Source of the DNA: an uncultured Azospirillum sp. | Lineage (GTDB): Bacteria; Pseudomonadota; Alphaproteobacteria; RF32; CAG-239 | Assembly: GCA_902489795.1 (NCBI GenBank) | Contig: CABUBU010000001.1 | Location: forward strand, 41,956-105,955 | Length of the DNA: 64,000 nt | Reading direction: 5' to 3' | In this document: piece after piece, positions 51,803 to 61,595 of the stretch | Layout: each line of letters starts with the position of its first letter | Numbering within the stretch: the stretch's first letter is position 1 | Program-made: the position numbers and the translations under genes | The notes under the pieces: model-generated | Database searches by the model: none | What the model saw: only the letters and a program-made list of their open reading frames with translations | What the model was told of the DNA's origin: nothing

Positions 51803-54034
51803 TTAGTTTCCGCAATCCGAAAAGTCTCGATATACATCCGGATGCCCGACGACATAGACACGCCCCTGATTCCAATCTACGTCCTGCGCAAGCTTATCAC
51901 ATTTCCCGCAGCGGCTCCTGATACCTCTCGAAATATAACGTATATGATGCTCAAGGGTTTGTTTCTTATCCTTATTGATCGTTGAAAACCACCAATAACC
52001 ATCCGTATACGATTTAGATTCATTATACAAACTGCAGCTTCCGGTACAAAGCGTCGTATGCTTACGATGGTCATTACACAACATTTGCGTCAACCCTTTG
52101 CACCATTTCCAATATCCATTGCTGCTGTATTTGATTTTGGCATAGTTGCCGGAACCGTAATCGGTCGAATAGATCGTGCTTTCCGGAGTAGTACCGACAA
52201 CATAATTCGTCTTGCCGTTATACATATTCCAAATCAAATTTCCGCTAATTCTGACTTCCATACCCGGAGCAGCCATACCATAATTAGGATAATTGGAACC
52301 GTCATATTTTGCCTTACCATCATAACCAGAGCCTTCATAACCAATACGAACATTGGTATAAACATTGGCAGGTGTCGCATCGCTGGGACCAACGAAAGTC
52401 AGATATCCGTTTACCTTGCGTTCATAGTAATGCTTCGTTCCGGTAGTAGCCCAAGAAGGATAAACATAAACCGTTCCGCCGTTGAAAACATTTCCGGCCT
52501 TAAAAGTGAACTTTCCTCCTTCTCCTCCCCAGGCTTCTGTTTCAATATACATACTTCCAATGTCAAAATTATAACCGGTAGCTTCAATTCCGTCTTTAAA
52601 TTCAGAACTGTACATTCCGAATTCCGGTTCAGAGTTAGGCATATTGTCAACTTGCTTCAAAGTAAGCTTTCTCCTAAAGCTCGCTTTTCCTTCAACATCT
52701 GTATTATACAAAGTCAAAGCCCCGACTTCTCTGTCCGTACCGGAAAAATAAAGTTCCGACCCGTAAACAGTCAAATCCAAAGAACTTGAAAAATAATTAG
52801 AAATATATAACGTAGGAACAACCGTTTTTTCCGGTTCATAGGTACCGCAGGCTTCTTGTACCATCTTATGATCAGACGTATACCCGGTAGTTCCGAAATA
52901 AGCTCCCGAATAAATTGTTTTTGCCTTTGTACCCCCAAGCCCTGAAGAATACGAATCTGCGGCAGTTACATTTTTCGCCAACACACCCTTGGTCGCTTTG
53001 GTATTTTCTATTTCCGCACCTACTGCATAGGTCTGCTGGGCTTCCGGAAGTTTGGCTATTTCAGCATCTGTCAACTTAGCATAACCAACCAGCTTGCTAC
53101 CGTTAAATACGCCATAATCCGTATTCGGATGCTTCATAAAGAACAGCTTGACTGCATTTTCGCAGGAAATACGTTCACATGCCGAGCCGTCTTTGTTCGG
53201 CTGCCAGCCTTGTTTACATTGCGTTATCTTAAAACGTCCTTTCCGCGGACAATCGCAGGTCGTCCACTTGGTCGCAAGCTGATCGTTCGGACGGCCGCCG
53301 CGTTCGCCTTCCGCTGGGAACGCCGCGCACGAACAACATTCCTGGAAGAAGTAGACGCCACCCTGTACGCAGGCCTTGCCTTTACCACCGAACTCGCAAT
53401 CAACCGATTCCCATTTGTACGGAGGATTGCTGCATTTGCAAGAATCCCAGTACTGGTTGCCCATGCTGTCCTGACACGGATCTCCGTTGACGTCCGCATT
53501 CGCCGTCGTCTGACAGTCGTCTTTCGAATACGGATACAAACCGCGCTCGCACAGACACGCCGAGTAATACAACGTCTTGACGGTCGAACTCGAACCCGCG
53601 TCTATCTGCGTACAGGCCGTACCGCCGGGGTTGCTGAACTTAAACTTTGTATGACAGGCTTCTTCCGTATAAGGATATTTTTCCGGATCACACTGACATT
53701 TGAACTTGCTGCCGCATTTGTCTACCGTTACATGCGGATAAACGCAGGAGTCGTAAACATATTCGTTGCCGCAGCACATGACGTAATTGTTGTTATACGG
53801 ACAATAGCCGGTAACGTGGCGCGATGGATCGGCATCGCATGCGCTTTTCAGAATATACCCTTCATCCGTACACACCCTGCCGTCTTCGCCCGGATCCTTA
53901 TAATCTTCAAAACTGCCGCCGCCGGTACAGTTTTCCTCACCGACAAAGCAGACTTTGGCCGAAGCCTGAGTACAAAAAAGCGCACCGCAAAAGAATGCAG
54001 CGAGCACAAGTATCCATGAATTGCGTGTTTTCAT
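51803..54034 (-). CDS. large secreted cysteine-rich protein (N-terminal Cys-rich modules, C-terminal G/Y/T-rich beta-rich region)
   Basis: 743 aa with a signal peptide. About 50 Cys in the first 330 aa in spaced, repeated patterns, then a Tyr/Gly/Thr-rich region. Low GC. Confidence 0.5.
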   Translation of the reverse strand: MKTRNSWILVLAAFFCGALFCTQASAKVCFVGEENCTGGGSFEDYKDPGEDGRVCTDEGYILKSACDADPSRHVTGYCPYNNNYVMCCGNEYVYDSCVYPHVTVDKCGSKFKCQCDPEKYPYTEEACHTKFKFSNPGGTACTQIDAGSSSTVKTLYYSACLCERGLYPYSKDDCQTTANADVNGDPCQDSMGNQYWDSCKCSNPPYKWESVDCEFGGKGKACVQGGVYFFQECCSCAAFPAEGERGGRPNDQLATKWTTCDCPRKGRFKITQCKQGWQPNKDGSACERISCENAVKLFFMKHPNTDYGVFNGSKLVGYAKLTDAEIAKLPEAQQTYAVGAEIENTKATKGVLAKNVTAADSYSSGLGGTKAKTIYSGAYFGTTGYTSDHKMVQEACGTYEPEKTVVPTLYISNYFSSSLDLTVYGSELYFSGTDREVGALTLYNTDVEGKASFRRKLTLKQVDNMPNSEPEFGMYSSEFKDGIEATGYNFDIGSMYIETEAWGGEGGKFTFKAGNVFNGGTVYVYPSWATTGTKHYYERKVNGYLTFVGPSDATPANVYTNVRIGYEGSGYDGKAKYDGSNYPNYGMAAPGMEVRISGNLIWNMYNGKTNYVVGTTPESTIYSTDYGSGNYAKIKYSSNGYWKWCKGLTQMLCNDHRKHTTLCTGSCSLYNESKSYTDGYWWFSTINKDKKQTLEHHIRYISRGIRSRCGKCDKLAQDVDWNQGRVYVVGHPDVYRDFSDCGN

Positions 54035-54208
54035 AGCTCTTCCCCTTAAAAAGCTGTTTACACTTATGTCAAGTATAAATAATAAAACCCTAAGCTCTCC
54101 GCCCCTTTCGCGGTGCTCATCATCAGATAACCCCCTGATGACTTTTTAAAGCTTAACACATCGTTTTTTATTATGCAAGTATTTTTGTCCGAATTATTTT
54201 AAACGGAT

Positions 54209-54907
54209 TTACCCGAATTTTTTATAAAACTCTTTTCTCTGCCGGCGGCTCATCGCCCACAAACTGCCGCGGCCGCAGACCGGCTGCACCGGCGACATCG
54301 TTTCAAAGGCAAAATCGCGGCTGAAAAAAAGCGAAGTGCATTTGGCGTAACAGTTCATTGGACAGAAACCGTAAAAATCGACCTGTAACAGACCGGCCGC
54401 CTTCAGCCCGGCAATCGCCCGCGCATAGTCCCGGCTGGTGTTGACGCGGTCGCTGTCGTCCAAAATAATCATACCGCCCGGCGCCAGCGCTTTAACCGCA
54501 GCCGCCGCGCATTCGGCGCGCCGCTTGCCGTCGACGGCTATCAGGTCATAACAACAGCCATCTTCAAAAATCGCGTTTTCATACTCTTCGCCTTCCGGGC
54601 GCAGGCGAATTTCCAGATTCGGCCGGTTAAACATCTTCTCCCATTTGGCAAACCATTCCCGGTTGTCTTCAACGCCGGTGACCGAACCGGCGCGCCCGGC
54701 CCAAAACAGGCCGGAATTGCCGCAGCCGTATTCGAAAACCCGTTTGCCGCGGTAATCGAACTGTGCCAGATATTCGGTTGCCGGATAGGTATACCACGGC
54801 AGCGGCCGCCCTTCTTCGTCCTCGCATATTCTCTCGTCAATACTGCGTTCGATACCGAATTTCCGCCGCCAGATATTGATAAATTCGGCAAACCTTGCGC
54901 TGGTCAT
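54209..54907 (-). CDS. class I SAM-dependent methyltransferase-like protein
   Basis: VFEYGCGNSG Gly-rich SAM motif and ..GGMIILDD..; 3 nt downstream of the holA stop. Confidence 0.4.
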   Translation of the reverse strand: MTSARFAEFINIWRRKFGIERSIDERICEDEEGRPLPWYTYPATEYLAQFDYRGKRVFEYGCGNSGLFWAGRAGSVTGVEDNREWFAKWEKMFNRPNLEIRLRPEGEEYENAIFEDGCCYDLIAVDGKRRAECAAAAVKALAPGGMIILDDSDRVNTSRDYARAIAGLKAAGLLQVDFYGFCPMNCYAKCTSLFFSRDFAFETMSPVQPVCGRGSLWAMSRRQRKEFYKKFG

Positions 54908-54910
54908 GCC

Positions 54911-55930
54911 CTAACCCTGTCGCTTGGCCGCGGCAGCCAGCCGCAGCAACAGCATGCTGACAACCTCCGCCGCCGGCATATTGGTCGTCTTACAGTCTTT
55001 TTCCGCGGCATACAGCATTTCCAGCGCCCGCAGCAGTTTGTCGCGGCTCCAGTATGACAACTGCTGTTTGAAGGCATCCGTGCGGTAAAAAATGATCCGC
55101 GGCATCAGCCGCTGCATTGCCCGGTCGACGCTTTCGCCGTTCTCGATTCCCGCCCGGCAGACCAGCAGTTTCATCAGATGATACGTCAGTCCCCGCACCA
55201 CCGCCGCCGGTTCGTTGCCTTCGTTGACATAGCGGGTATAAAAGGACAGCGCCTTCACCTTGTCGCCGCCGAGCACCGCATAATAAATGTCATCCAGACC
55301 GGCATCGGAAGCGTCGCTGATGATTTTGCCGACGATTTCCGAAGTCACGTTTTTGGCCGTTCCCATATAAGTGGCCAGCTTTTCCAGTTCGTTCAGATTG
55401 ACCATCCGGTCGCCGGACAACCGGGAACAAAGCAGCTGTACCGCCGCCGGTTCAAAAGTCATTCCCATGCTTTTTAAAACCGAACAAATGTCTTCGTTTT
55501 TGTCCTCGTAGCAGGCGACGGCCGCCATGTCTTCACTGTCTTCCGCCAGTTTGACCAGCGAAGACTTTTTGTTCAGGCTGCCGGCACCGGACAGAATCAG
55601 CAAATTGCCGGTATTCGGACTTTCGTCCAGCATTTTGCGGATCGCTTTAGTCAGGTCGTTGCCGGCGTCGTTGACGATAACGACCCGGCGGCCGCCGGTC
55701 AGCGACTGACCGTTAAATTCGCCATACAGCGCACCTATATCGGCGGCCAGATCGCCGCCGGCAAGCTCCGCCGCACGGAACGGGTCGTTCAGATCGGGAC
55801 AAACCGCAGCCGCCAGCCGTTTTACGGTATCGCGCCGCAAACCGTCGTTGCTGCCGTAAACCAGCACCGCCCTGATCTTCTCGTCCGGTTTTTTGACAAA
55901 GCCGTCAACCTGCACCGACTTAAAAATCAT
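54911..55930 (-). CDS. holA: DNA polymerase III delta subunit
   Basis: 339 aa with the N-terminal ..AVLVYGSNDGL.. clamp-loader delta fold, in the leuS-lptE-holA order. Confidence 0.7.
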   Translation of the reverse strand: MIFKSVQVDGFVKKPDEKIRAVLVYGSNDGLRRDTVKRLAAAVCPDLNDPFRAAELAGGDLAADIGALYGEFNGQSLTGGRRVVIVNDAGNDLTKAIRKMLDESPNTGNLLILSGAGSLNKKSSLVKLAEDSEDMAAVACYEDKNEDICSVLKSMGMTFEPAAVQLLCSRLSGDRMVNLNELEKLATYMGTAKNVTSEIVGKIISDASDAGLDDIYYAVLGGDKVKALSFYTRYVNEGNEPAAVVRGLTYHLMKLLVCRAGIENGESVDRAMQRLMPRIIFYRTDAFKQQLSYWSRDKLLRALEMLYAAEKDCKTTNMPAAEVVSMLLLRLAAAAKRQG

Positions 55931-56474
55931 TCGGATTTCCCCGGTTGGTGATCACGCTGTGGAAATAGGCGCCGAGTCGCAGGGCTATGTCGTTGGCAAT
56001 GATTTTGGCCGCGTCTTCGTCGCCTTTCTTCTGCGCCATGGTGGTCGAATACGGGTTGGCCAGAATATCGTAACTGACATAGGCGATGCTGTCGCCTTTC
56101 AACACCTGTTCGGTGCCTTCCGTCATATAATAGCCGACTTTGTAACGAACCATTTTGCGAGTTGCGGTAATGTCCGAACGCAGCGCCTGGTCGGAAACGC
56201 GTTTTTCGGTCAGATGAACGAACAAACGGTATTTAGGGCTTTTCGGCGTTCCTTTCGGCGTCAGCAGATCAATCAGTTCATTGCGCATGATCTGCCCGAA
56301 GCGCTGAGAAATCGGCTCAATGCTGATCTGCGCCATTTCCTGGCTGATCGAGGTGTCAAAATCGCCGCCGTAATACCACATGTTGTCATGCTTTTTTTCC
56401 ACGTAAAGCGGTTCAAACCCGCAGCCGCACAAAGCCAGAACCAGCAACAGCACATATTTTTTCCGAAACAGCAA
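55920..56474 (-). CDS. lptE: LPS-assembly lipoprotein LptE
   Basis: Signal peptide plus lipobox ..VLLLVLALCGCG, between leuS and holA. Start chosen at a TTG with an aagga SD; the track ORF extends to 56564 and overlaps leuS. Confidence 0.65.
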   Translation of the reverse strand: MLFRKKYVLLLVLALCGCGFEPLYVEKKHDNMWYYGGDFDTSISQEMAQISIEPISQRFGQIMRNELIDLLTPKGTPKSPKYRLFVHLTEKRVSDQALRSDITATRKMVRYKVGYYMTEGTEQVLKGDSIAYVSYDILANPYSTTMAQKKGDEDAAKIIANDIALRLGAYFHSVITNRGNPNDF

Positions 56475-56526
56475 AACCTTGTCCTTTCGTTGCAAAAGAG
56501 GGGAACCGGCGTTCCCCTTCCGTTGA

Positions 56527-59010
56527 TTATGCCACAATATTGACGATCCGGTTGGGAACGACAATGATTTTTTTCACTTCGCGGCCTTCCAGCTGGCGGA
56601 CAACATTGTCCAGCGCCAGCACTTTGGCTTCGACTTCGGCCTGCGGCGCGTCTTTTTTCACCTCAACGGTACCGCGCATTTTGCCGCAGATCTGAACCGC
56701 CATCGTCACCGTGTCTTCTTCCGCCAGTTTGGGATCGCCCGCGGGCCAGCTTTCGGCCACGATCAGACCGTCCTGTCCCATCCGCACCCACATTTCTTCC
56801 GCCAGATGCGGCGCAAACGGGGAAATCAGCTTCAGAAGCGTCAGATACAACAGGTTCGGAATCTGCTCCAGCCCCGACATATAATTGACATAGGTCATCA
56901 GCGAAGAAACCGCGGTGTTAAAACGCATCTGGTCGATTCGCTCGCTGACCTCGAGAATGCACTTGTGCATTGCCCGCAGATCGGCGGCGGAAGCCTCAAC
57001 CGGCGCCGTTTTCTTCATCAGGCCGTAAATTTTGCCGACAAAACGGTATACGCCCATCAGGCTTTCGTCCGACCACATCGCCACCTGGTCAAACGGTCCG
57101 ATAAACATTTCATACATGCGGAAAGTGTCCGCGCCGTAAGAATTGACAATGTCGTCGGGATTGATTACGTTGCCGCGCGACTTGGACATTTTTTCTCCGT
57201 TTGCCGCCAGAATCATGCCGTGCGAAGTGCGCTTTTTGTACGGCTCTTTTGTCGGCACCAGTCCCAGATCATAGAGGAACTTATGCCAGAAACGGGAATA
57301 CAGCAGGTGCAGCGTGGTATGTTCCATGCCGCCGTTGTACCAGTCGACGTTCATCCAGTAGTCAAGCGCCTCTTTGGAAGCAAATTCTTTGTCGTTGTGC
57401 GGATCGCAGTAACGCAGGAAATACCAGGAAGAGCCCGCCCAGTTCGGCATCACGTCGGTTTCCCGCCGCGCTTTGCCGCCGCATTTCGGACAAGTGGTAT
57501 TAACCCAGTCGAAGGCCTTGGACAGCGGCGATTCGCCTTCGTCGTTCGGATGATAGTCCGGTACCTGCGGCAGCTTCAGCGGCAGCTCCGATTCGGGAAC
57601 CGGCTGCCAGCCGCAGTGTTCGCAGTAAACCATCGGGATCGGCTCGCCCCAGTAACGCTGGCGGGAGAAAACCCAGTCGCGCAGTTTGAAGTTCACTTTG
57701 GCGCGGCCGAAACCGTTTTTCACCGCATGGTCGATCGCCGCCCGCATGCCGTCTTCCTTGTTCATGCCGTTTAAGAAGCCGGAATTGATATGGGCGCCGT
57801 CTTCTTCCCACGCCTTTTCGGCAATATCCCCGCCTTCCAGCACCTGTACGATCGGCAGGTTAAACGCCTTGGCAAAATCATAATCGCGCTGGTCGTGCGC
57901 CGGCACCGCCATAATCGCGCCGGTGCCGTAACCGGTAAGGACATAATCGGAAATAAAGACCGGAATCAGTTCGCCGTTGTAGGGATTCCTTGCCTTAACG
58001 CCTTTCAGCTCAACCCCGGTTTTGCTGTCGTCCATGGTTCTCTGCAGCTCTGACTTTTTCGCCGTCGCTTCGACATAGGCTCTGATTTCGTCCTTGTTCT
58101 CAAACCGGTCCGCCAGCTCGGCAACATATTTATGCTCCGGCGCCAGCACCATGTAGGTTACGCCGAAAGCGGTGTCCGGCCGGGTGGTGAAAACCGTCAG
58201 TTTTCTGTCCGCCAGCGGATTTCCCTCTTTGTCGGTCAGACCGAAATCCAGCTCGGCACCTTCCGAACGGCCGATCCAGTTGATCTGCTGCGACTTGACC
58301 CGGTCGATGAAATCCAGTTCGTTCAAATCTTCGATCAGACGGTCGGCGTATTTGGTAATGGCAATCATCCACTGTTCTTTGTTCTTACGCACCACTTCGG
58401 CACCACAGCGCTCGCAGCGGCCGTTGACCACTTCTTCGTTGGCCAGTCCCACTTTGCATGACGGACACCAGTTGATGGCAATCTTGTCTTTATAGGCCAG
58501 ACCTTTTTCAAAAAACTTGATAAACATCCACTGCGTCCATTTGTAATATTCCGGATCACAGGTGGTTATGCAGCGGTCCCAGTCAAAGCTGAAGCCGATA
58601 GATTTCAGCTGCCGGGTAAAGTTTTCGATGTTAGCCTTGGTCGAAACCGCCGGATGCACGCCGGTCTTGATCGCATAGTTTTCGGCCGGCAGCCCGAAGG
58701 CGTCAAAGCCCATCGGATAAAGCACGTTAAAGCCCTGCATCCGTTTTTTGCGCGCCACCACGTCAAGCGCGGTATAGGAACGCGGATGCCCCACATGCAG
58801 CCCGGCGCCGGACGGATAGGGAAATTCGACCAGTACATAAAACTTCTCGCGGTTGCGGTCGATCTCCACCTTATAGGCCTTTTCCTCGTCCCATATTTTC
58901 TGCCATTTGCTTTCGATCGTGCGGAAATTGTATCTTTCTTCCAGTTCCCATTCTTTCCGCCATTCGGCAAAAGGCTTGCCGTTATGACGGGCGCTGCAGT
59001 CGTCCTTCAA
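56527..59010 (-). CDS. leuS: leucyl-tRNA synthetase
   Basis: HIGH (HVGHPRSYT) and KMSKS motifs; 827 aa. TTG start with a ggaga SD. Confidence 0.93.
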   Translation of the reverse strand: MKDDCSARHNGKPFAEWRKEWELEERYNFRTIESKWQKIWDEEKAYKVEIDRNREKFYVLVEFPYPSGAGLHVGHPRSYTALDVVARKKRMQGFNVLYPMGFDAFGLPAENYAIKTGVHPAVSTKANIENFTRQLKSIGFSFDWDRCITTCDPEYYKWTQWMFIKFFEKGLAYKDKIAINWCPSCKVGLANEEVVNGRCERCGAEVVRKNKEQWMIAITKYADRLIEDLNELDFIDRVKSQQINWIGRSEGAELDFGLTDKEGNPLADRKLTVFTTRPDTAFGVTYMVLAPEHKYVAELADRFENKDEIRAYVEATAKKSELQRTMDDSKTGVELKGVKARNPYNGELIPVFISDYVLTGYGTGAIMAVPAHDQRDYDFAKAFNLPIVQVLEGGDIAEKAWEEDGAHINSGFLNGMNKEDGMRAAIDHAVKNGFGRAKVNFKLRDWVFSRQRYWGEPIPMVYCEHCGWQPVPESELPLKLPQVPDYHPNDEGESPLSKAFDWVNTTCPKCGGKARRETDVMPNWAGSSWYFLRYCDPHNDKEFASKEALDYWMNVDWYNGGMEHTTLHLLYSRFWHKFLYDLGLVPTKEPYKKRTSHGMILAANGEKMSKSRGNVINPDDIVNSYGADTFRMYEMFIGPFDQVAMWSDESLMGVYRFVGKIYGLMKKTAPVEASAADLRAMHKCILEVSERIDQMRFNTAVSSLMTYVNYMSGLEQIPNLLYLTLLKLISPFAPHLAEEMWVRMGQDGLIVAESWPAGDPKLAEEDTVTMAVQICGKMRGTVEVKKDAPQAEVEAKVLALDNVVRQLEGREVKKIIVVPNRIVNIVA

Positions 59011-59178
59011 CTTTTTTCTCCGTATCTTAAATTAGTCCGATTTCTTGGTTTTGCGCATAAGGCTATAATATATTTCGCAAAAATACAATAGGGTTAAATT
59101 ACTTTCGCACTTGTATTTGCCGCCGCAATTACCTAAACTGCCCGTTACCGGACAATTGATCTGAAAAGGAAAACAAAC

Positions 59179-60456
59179 GTGAACATTCGCAATACGGCTT
59201 TCGAAATTTACATGAAATCTCTCGATTCGGCCCGTGTCGGCGGCAACGCCGACGAACTCAAAGGGCTTTCCCCGCAGGAAACGGCTTTCGTCAAACGGCT
59301 GGTAATGACGGCGCTTCGGCGGCAGGAATTCATCAAAAGCGTGATTCGCGGTTACGCCGCCAAAAAAATCCCCGCCCGGCCGGACGCGCCGCATGCCGCA
59401 ATCATCCTCGGCGCGGTCGAAGTCCTTTACTTTCACACGCCCGACTACGCCACCGTCAACAGCTATGTCGAACTGGCCAAGAAAAAAGGCGGCAAATACG
59501 CCGGCGGCTTCGTCAACGCGGTGCTGCGCAAAATCTGCCGCGACCGCGGACAAATAGCCGCCCGGCCGCCGCTGCCCTTCTTCCCGCCGGCTTTTAAGGA
59601 AATGCTTCGCCGCGACTACTCCGGACGGCAGATCGCCGCCATTGAGAAGGCCACCGTCGAGGAACCGGCGCTCGACATCACCGTCCGCGCGGATCCCGAA
59701 GACTGGCGCGAAAAACTCGGCGGCCGTCTTATGGGCAGCGGCAGCATCCGCCTTTACGACGCCGGCAGCGTCGCCGAACTGCCCGGTTTTAAGGACGGCT
59801 GCTGGTGGGTGCAGGACTTTTCCGCCGCGCTGCCGGTCATTGCGCTGGGCAGCGTCGAAGGCAGGAAAGTGCTCGACCTCTGCTCCGCCCCCGGCGGCAA
59901 AACCGCTCAGCTGATCGCCGGAAAAGCGGACGTCACCGCGCTCGACGTTTCCGCCGCGCGGCTGAAGACAATGGAGGAAAACCTTGCCCGTCTGCACATG
60001 AAAGCGCAAAAAGTCATTGCCGCCGACGCCCTCGAATATCTCAGCGACTGCCCGCAATACGACATCGTGCTGCTTGACGCCCCCTGCTCGGCCGACGGCA
60101 CGCTGCGCCGCCATCCGGAAATCGTTCATACCCGCACCGTCGCCGACATCCGCCGCAGCACCGGCCTTCAGCAAAAACTGCTGAACGCCGCGGCCAAAGC
60201 GGTCGCGCCCGGCGGCATTCTGATGTATGCCGTCTGTTCAATGAGCAAAGACGAGGGAGAAAGGCAGATCGGCCGTTTTGTCGCGGAACATCCCGATTTT
60301 GCGGTTCTCCCGGTTGCCGCGGAAGAAATCAACCCCTTCCGGCAGCCGGGTTTTGAACGGCTGATTACGTCCGAAGGCTTCATCCGCTGTCTGCCCGACA
60401 TGCTGGACGGCATCGACGGCTTTTTTGCCGCCCGGCTGCAAAAGCAGGCGACATAA
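59179..60456 (+). CDS. rsmB: 16S rRNA m5C967 methyltransferase RsmB/Sun
   Basis: NusB-like N-terminus and NOL1/NOP2/Sun catalytic motifs LDLCSAPGGKT and DAPCS. GTG start with an aaagga SD. Confidence 0.85.
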   Translation: MNIRNTAFEIYMKSLDSARVGGNADELKGLSPQETAFVKRLVMTALRRQEFIKSVIRGYAAKKIPARPDAPHAAIILGAVEVLYFHTPDYATVNSYVELAKKKGGKYAGGFVNAVLRKICRDRGQIAARPPLPFFPPAFKEMLRRDYSGRQIAAIEKATVEEPALDITVRADPEDWREKLGGRLMGSGSIRLYDAGSVAELPGFKDGCWWVQDFSAALPVIALGSVEGRKVLDLCSAPGGKTAQLIAGKADVTALDVSAARLKTMEENLARLHMKAQKVIAADALEYLSDCPQYDIVLLDAPCSADGTLRRHPEIVHTRTVADIRRSTGLQQKLLNAAAKAVAPGGILMYAVCSMSKDEGERQIGRFVAEHPDFAVLPVAAEEINPFRQPGFERLITSEGFIRCLPDMLDGIDGFFAARLQKQAT

Positions 60457-60503
60457 CTGTTGAAGAAATAACCGATCCATATTATAACAGACTCATTCAA
60501 CCC

Positions 60504-61595
60504 GTGAGGAGCACCGCAATGAACATAACCTTTTTTATCGTCCTGGGGCTGGCTTTCCTGAGCTTTATCATTCCCGCCGCCGTCTACGGCATCGTTTCCC
60601 GCCGGACCATGTTCAACCGCGGCGGGCTCGGCAGTTCCGCCTTTCTGCCGCCGGCACTGGTTCTGCTGCCGCTGATGCTCGGCGTCCGTTTCTTCCTTTA
60701 TGACGGCGACGACTTCATCGGTTCTTACAATTTCTGGCAGATCGTCGTACCGTTTGCCGGTGCCTTTGCCATCGCCTTGTTCGGCCGGCTCGATTCCCCG
60801 CGCCGCCGGTTTCTGCTGCTGACGCTCGCCGTTGTTCTGGCCGTCGTCGTCATGCCGGAAAACGCCGTTAATGTCGTTCCGTCCCTTCCGCCGCTTGCCA
60901 ACCGTTTGATTTTGGCCGCGGCATGGCTGTTTTTCGTCGGTCTGTATCCTTACGTCAACAGCGGCGACGGCATGCTTGCCGTTCAGTCGCTCAATATTTC
61001 TCTGGGCATCGGCATATTGGGCGCCGTCAACGCCCTTCCGCTGATGCTCGGCGTTTTCGGTTGGATGTTTGCCGCCGCCTTCCTGGCGCTGACGGTCTTT
61101 TCCTGGCATCCTTCGCGGATCAAGATTTCCTCCCGCGACGCGGCGGCTTTCGGCTTTCTGCTGTTCTCCCTGATCGCGCCGGCGGCGGGCGAAGGCGCAG
61201 CCTCCTGCTGCGTAATTTTTGCCCTTTTCTTCCTCATTGACTTCCTCTGGGCGCTGGCGCTGAAACTGACTTTTCTGCCCCGCTACGAAGACTTGTCCGC
61301 CAACACCGGCTTTCGTCAGGCAACGGCCGACGGCATGGACCCGGCGCAGGCGGCCTCGTTCACCGTCCGCATTCAGATGCTGATGCTGTTTTTCGGCTGC
61401 TTCCAGGCCTATTCGCCGACGCCGTGGTCGCTGCTGCTGGTTTCGACCATGATCACGCTCTGGCTCGACTATCGCTTCCGCAACATTCCGACGCCGCCGC
61501 AAACCCTGCGGGACATCAACGCGCAGGTACTGGAAGAAATTCAGGACCGGGTCAACGAGTTCAAAAGCTACATAAAAAAGGACAATGATTTTTGA
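60504..61595 (+). CDS. polytopic membrane protein, possibly a MraY/WecA-like polyprenyl-phosphate sugar-phosphate transferase
   Basis: 10-11 TM helices; ..VNSGDGMLAV.. resembles the NxxDGxDGL motif. Weak call. Confidence 0.35.
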   Translation: MRSTAMNITFFIVLGLAFLSFIIPAAVYGIVSRRTMFNRGGLGSSAFLPPALVLLPLMLGVRFFLYDGDDFIGSYNFWQIVVPFAGAFAIALFGRLDSPRRRFLLLTLAVVLAVVVMPENAVNVVPSLPPLANRLILAAAWLFFVGLYPYVNSGDGMLAVQSLNISLGIGILGAVNALPLMLGVFGWMFAAAFLALTVFSWHPSRIKISSRDAAAFGFLLFSLIAPAAGEGAASCCVIFALFFLIDFLWALALKLTFLPRYEDLSANTGFRQATADGMDPAQAASFTVRIQMLMLFFGCFQAYSPTPWSLLLVSTMITLWLDYRFRNIPTPPQTLRDINAQVLEEIQDRVNEFKSYIKKDNDF

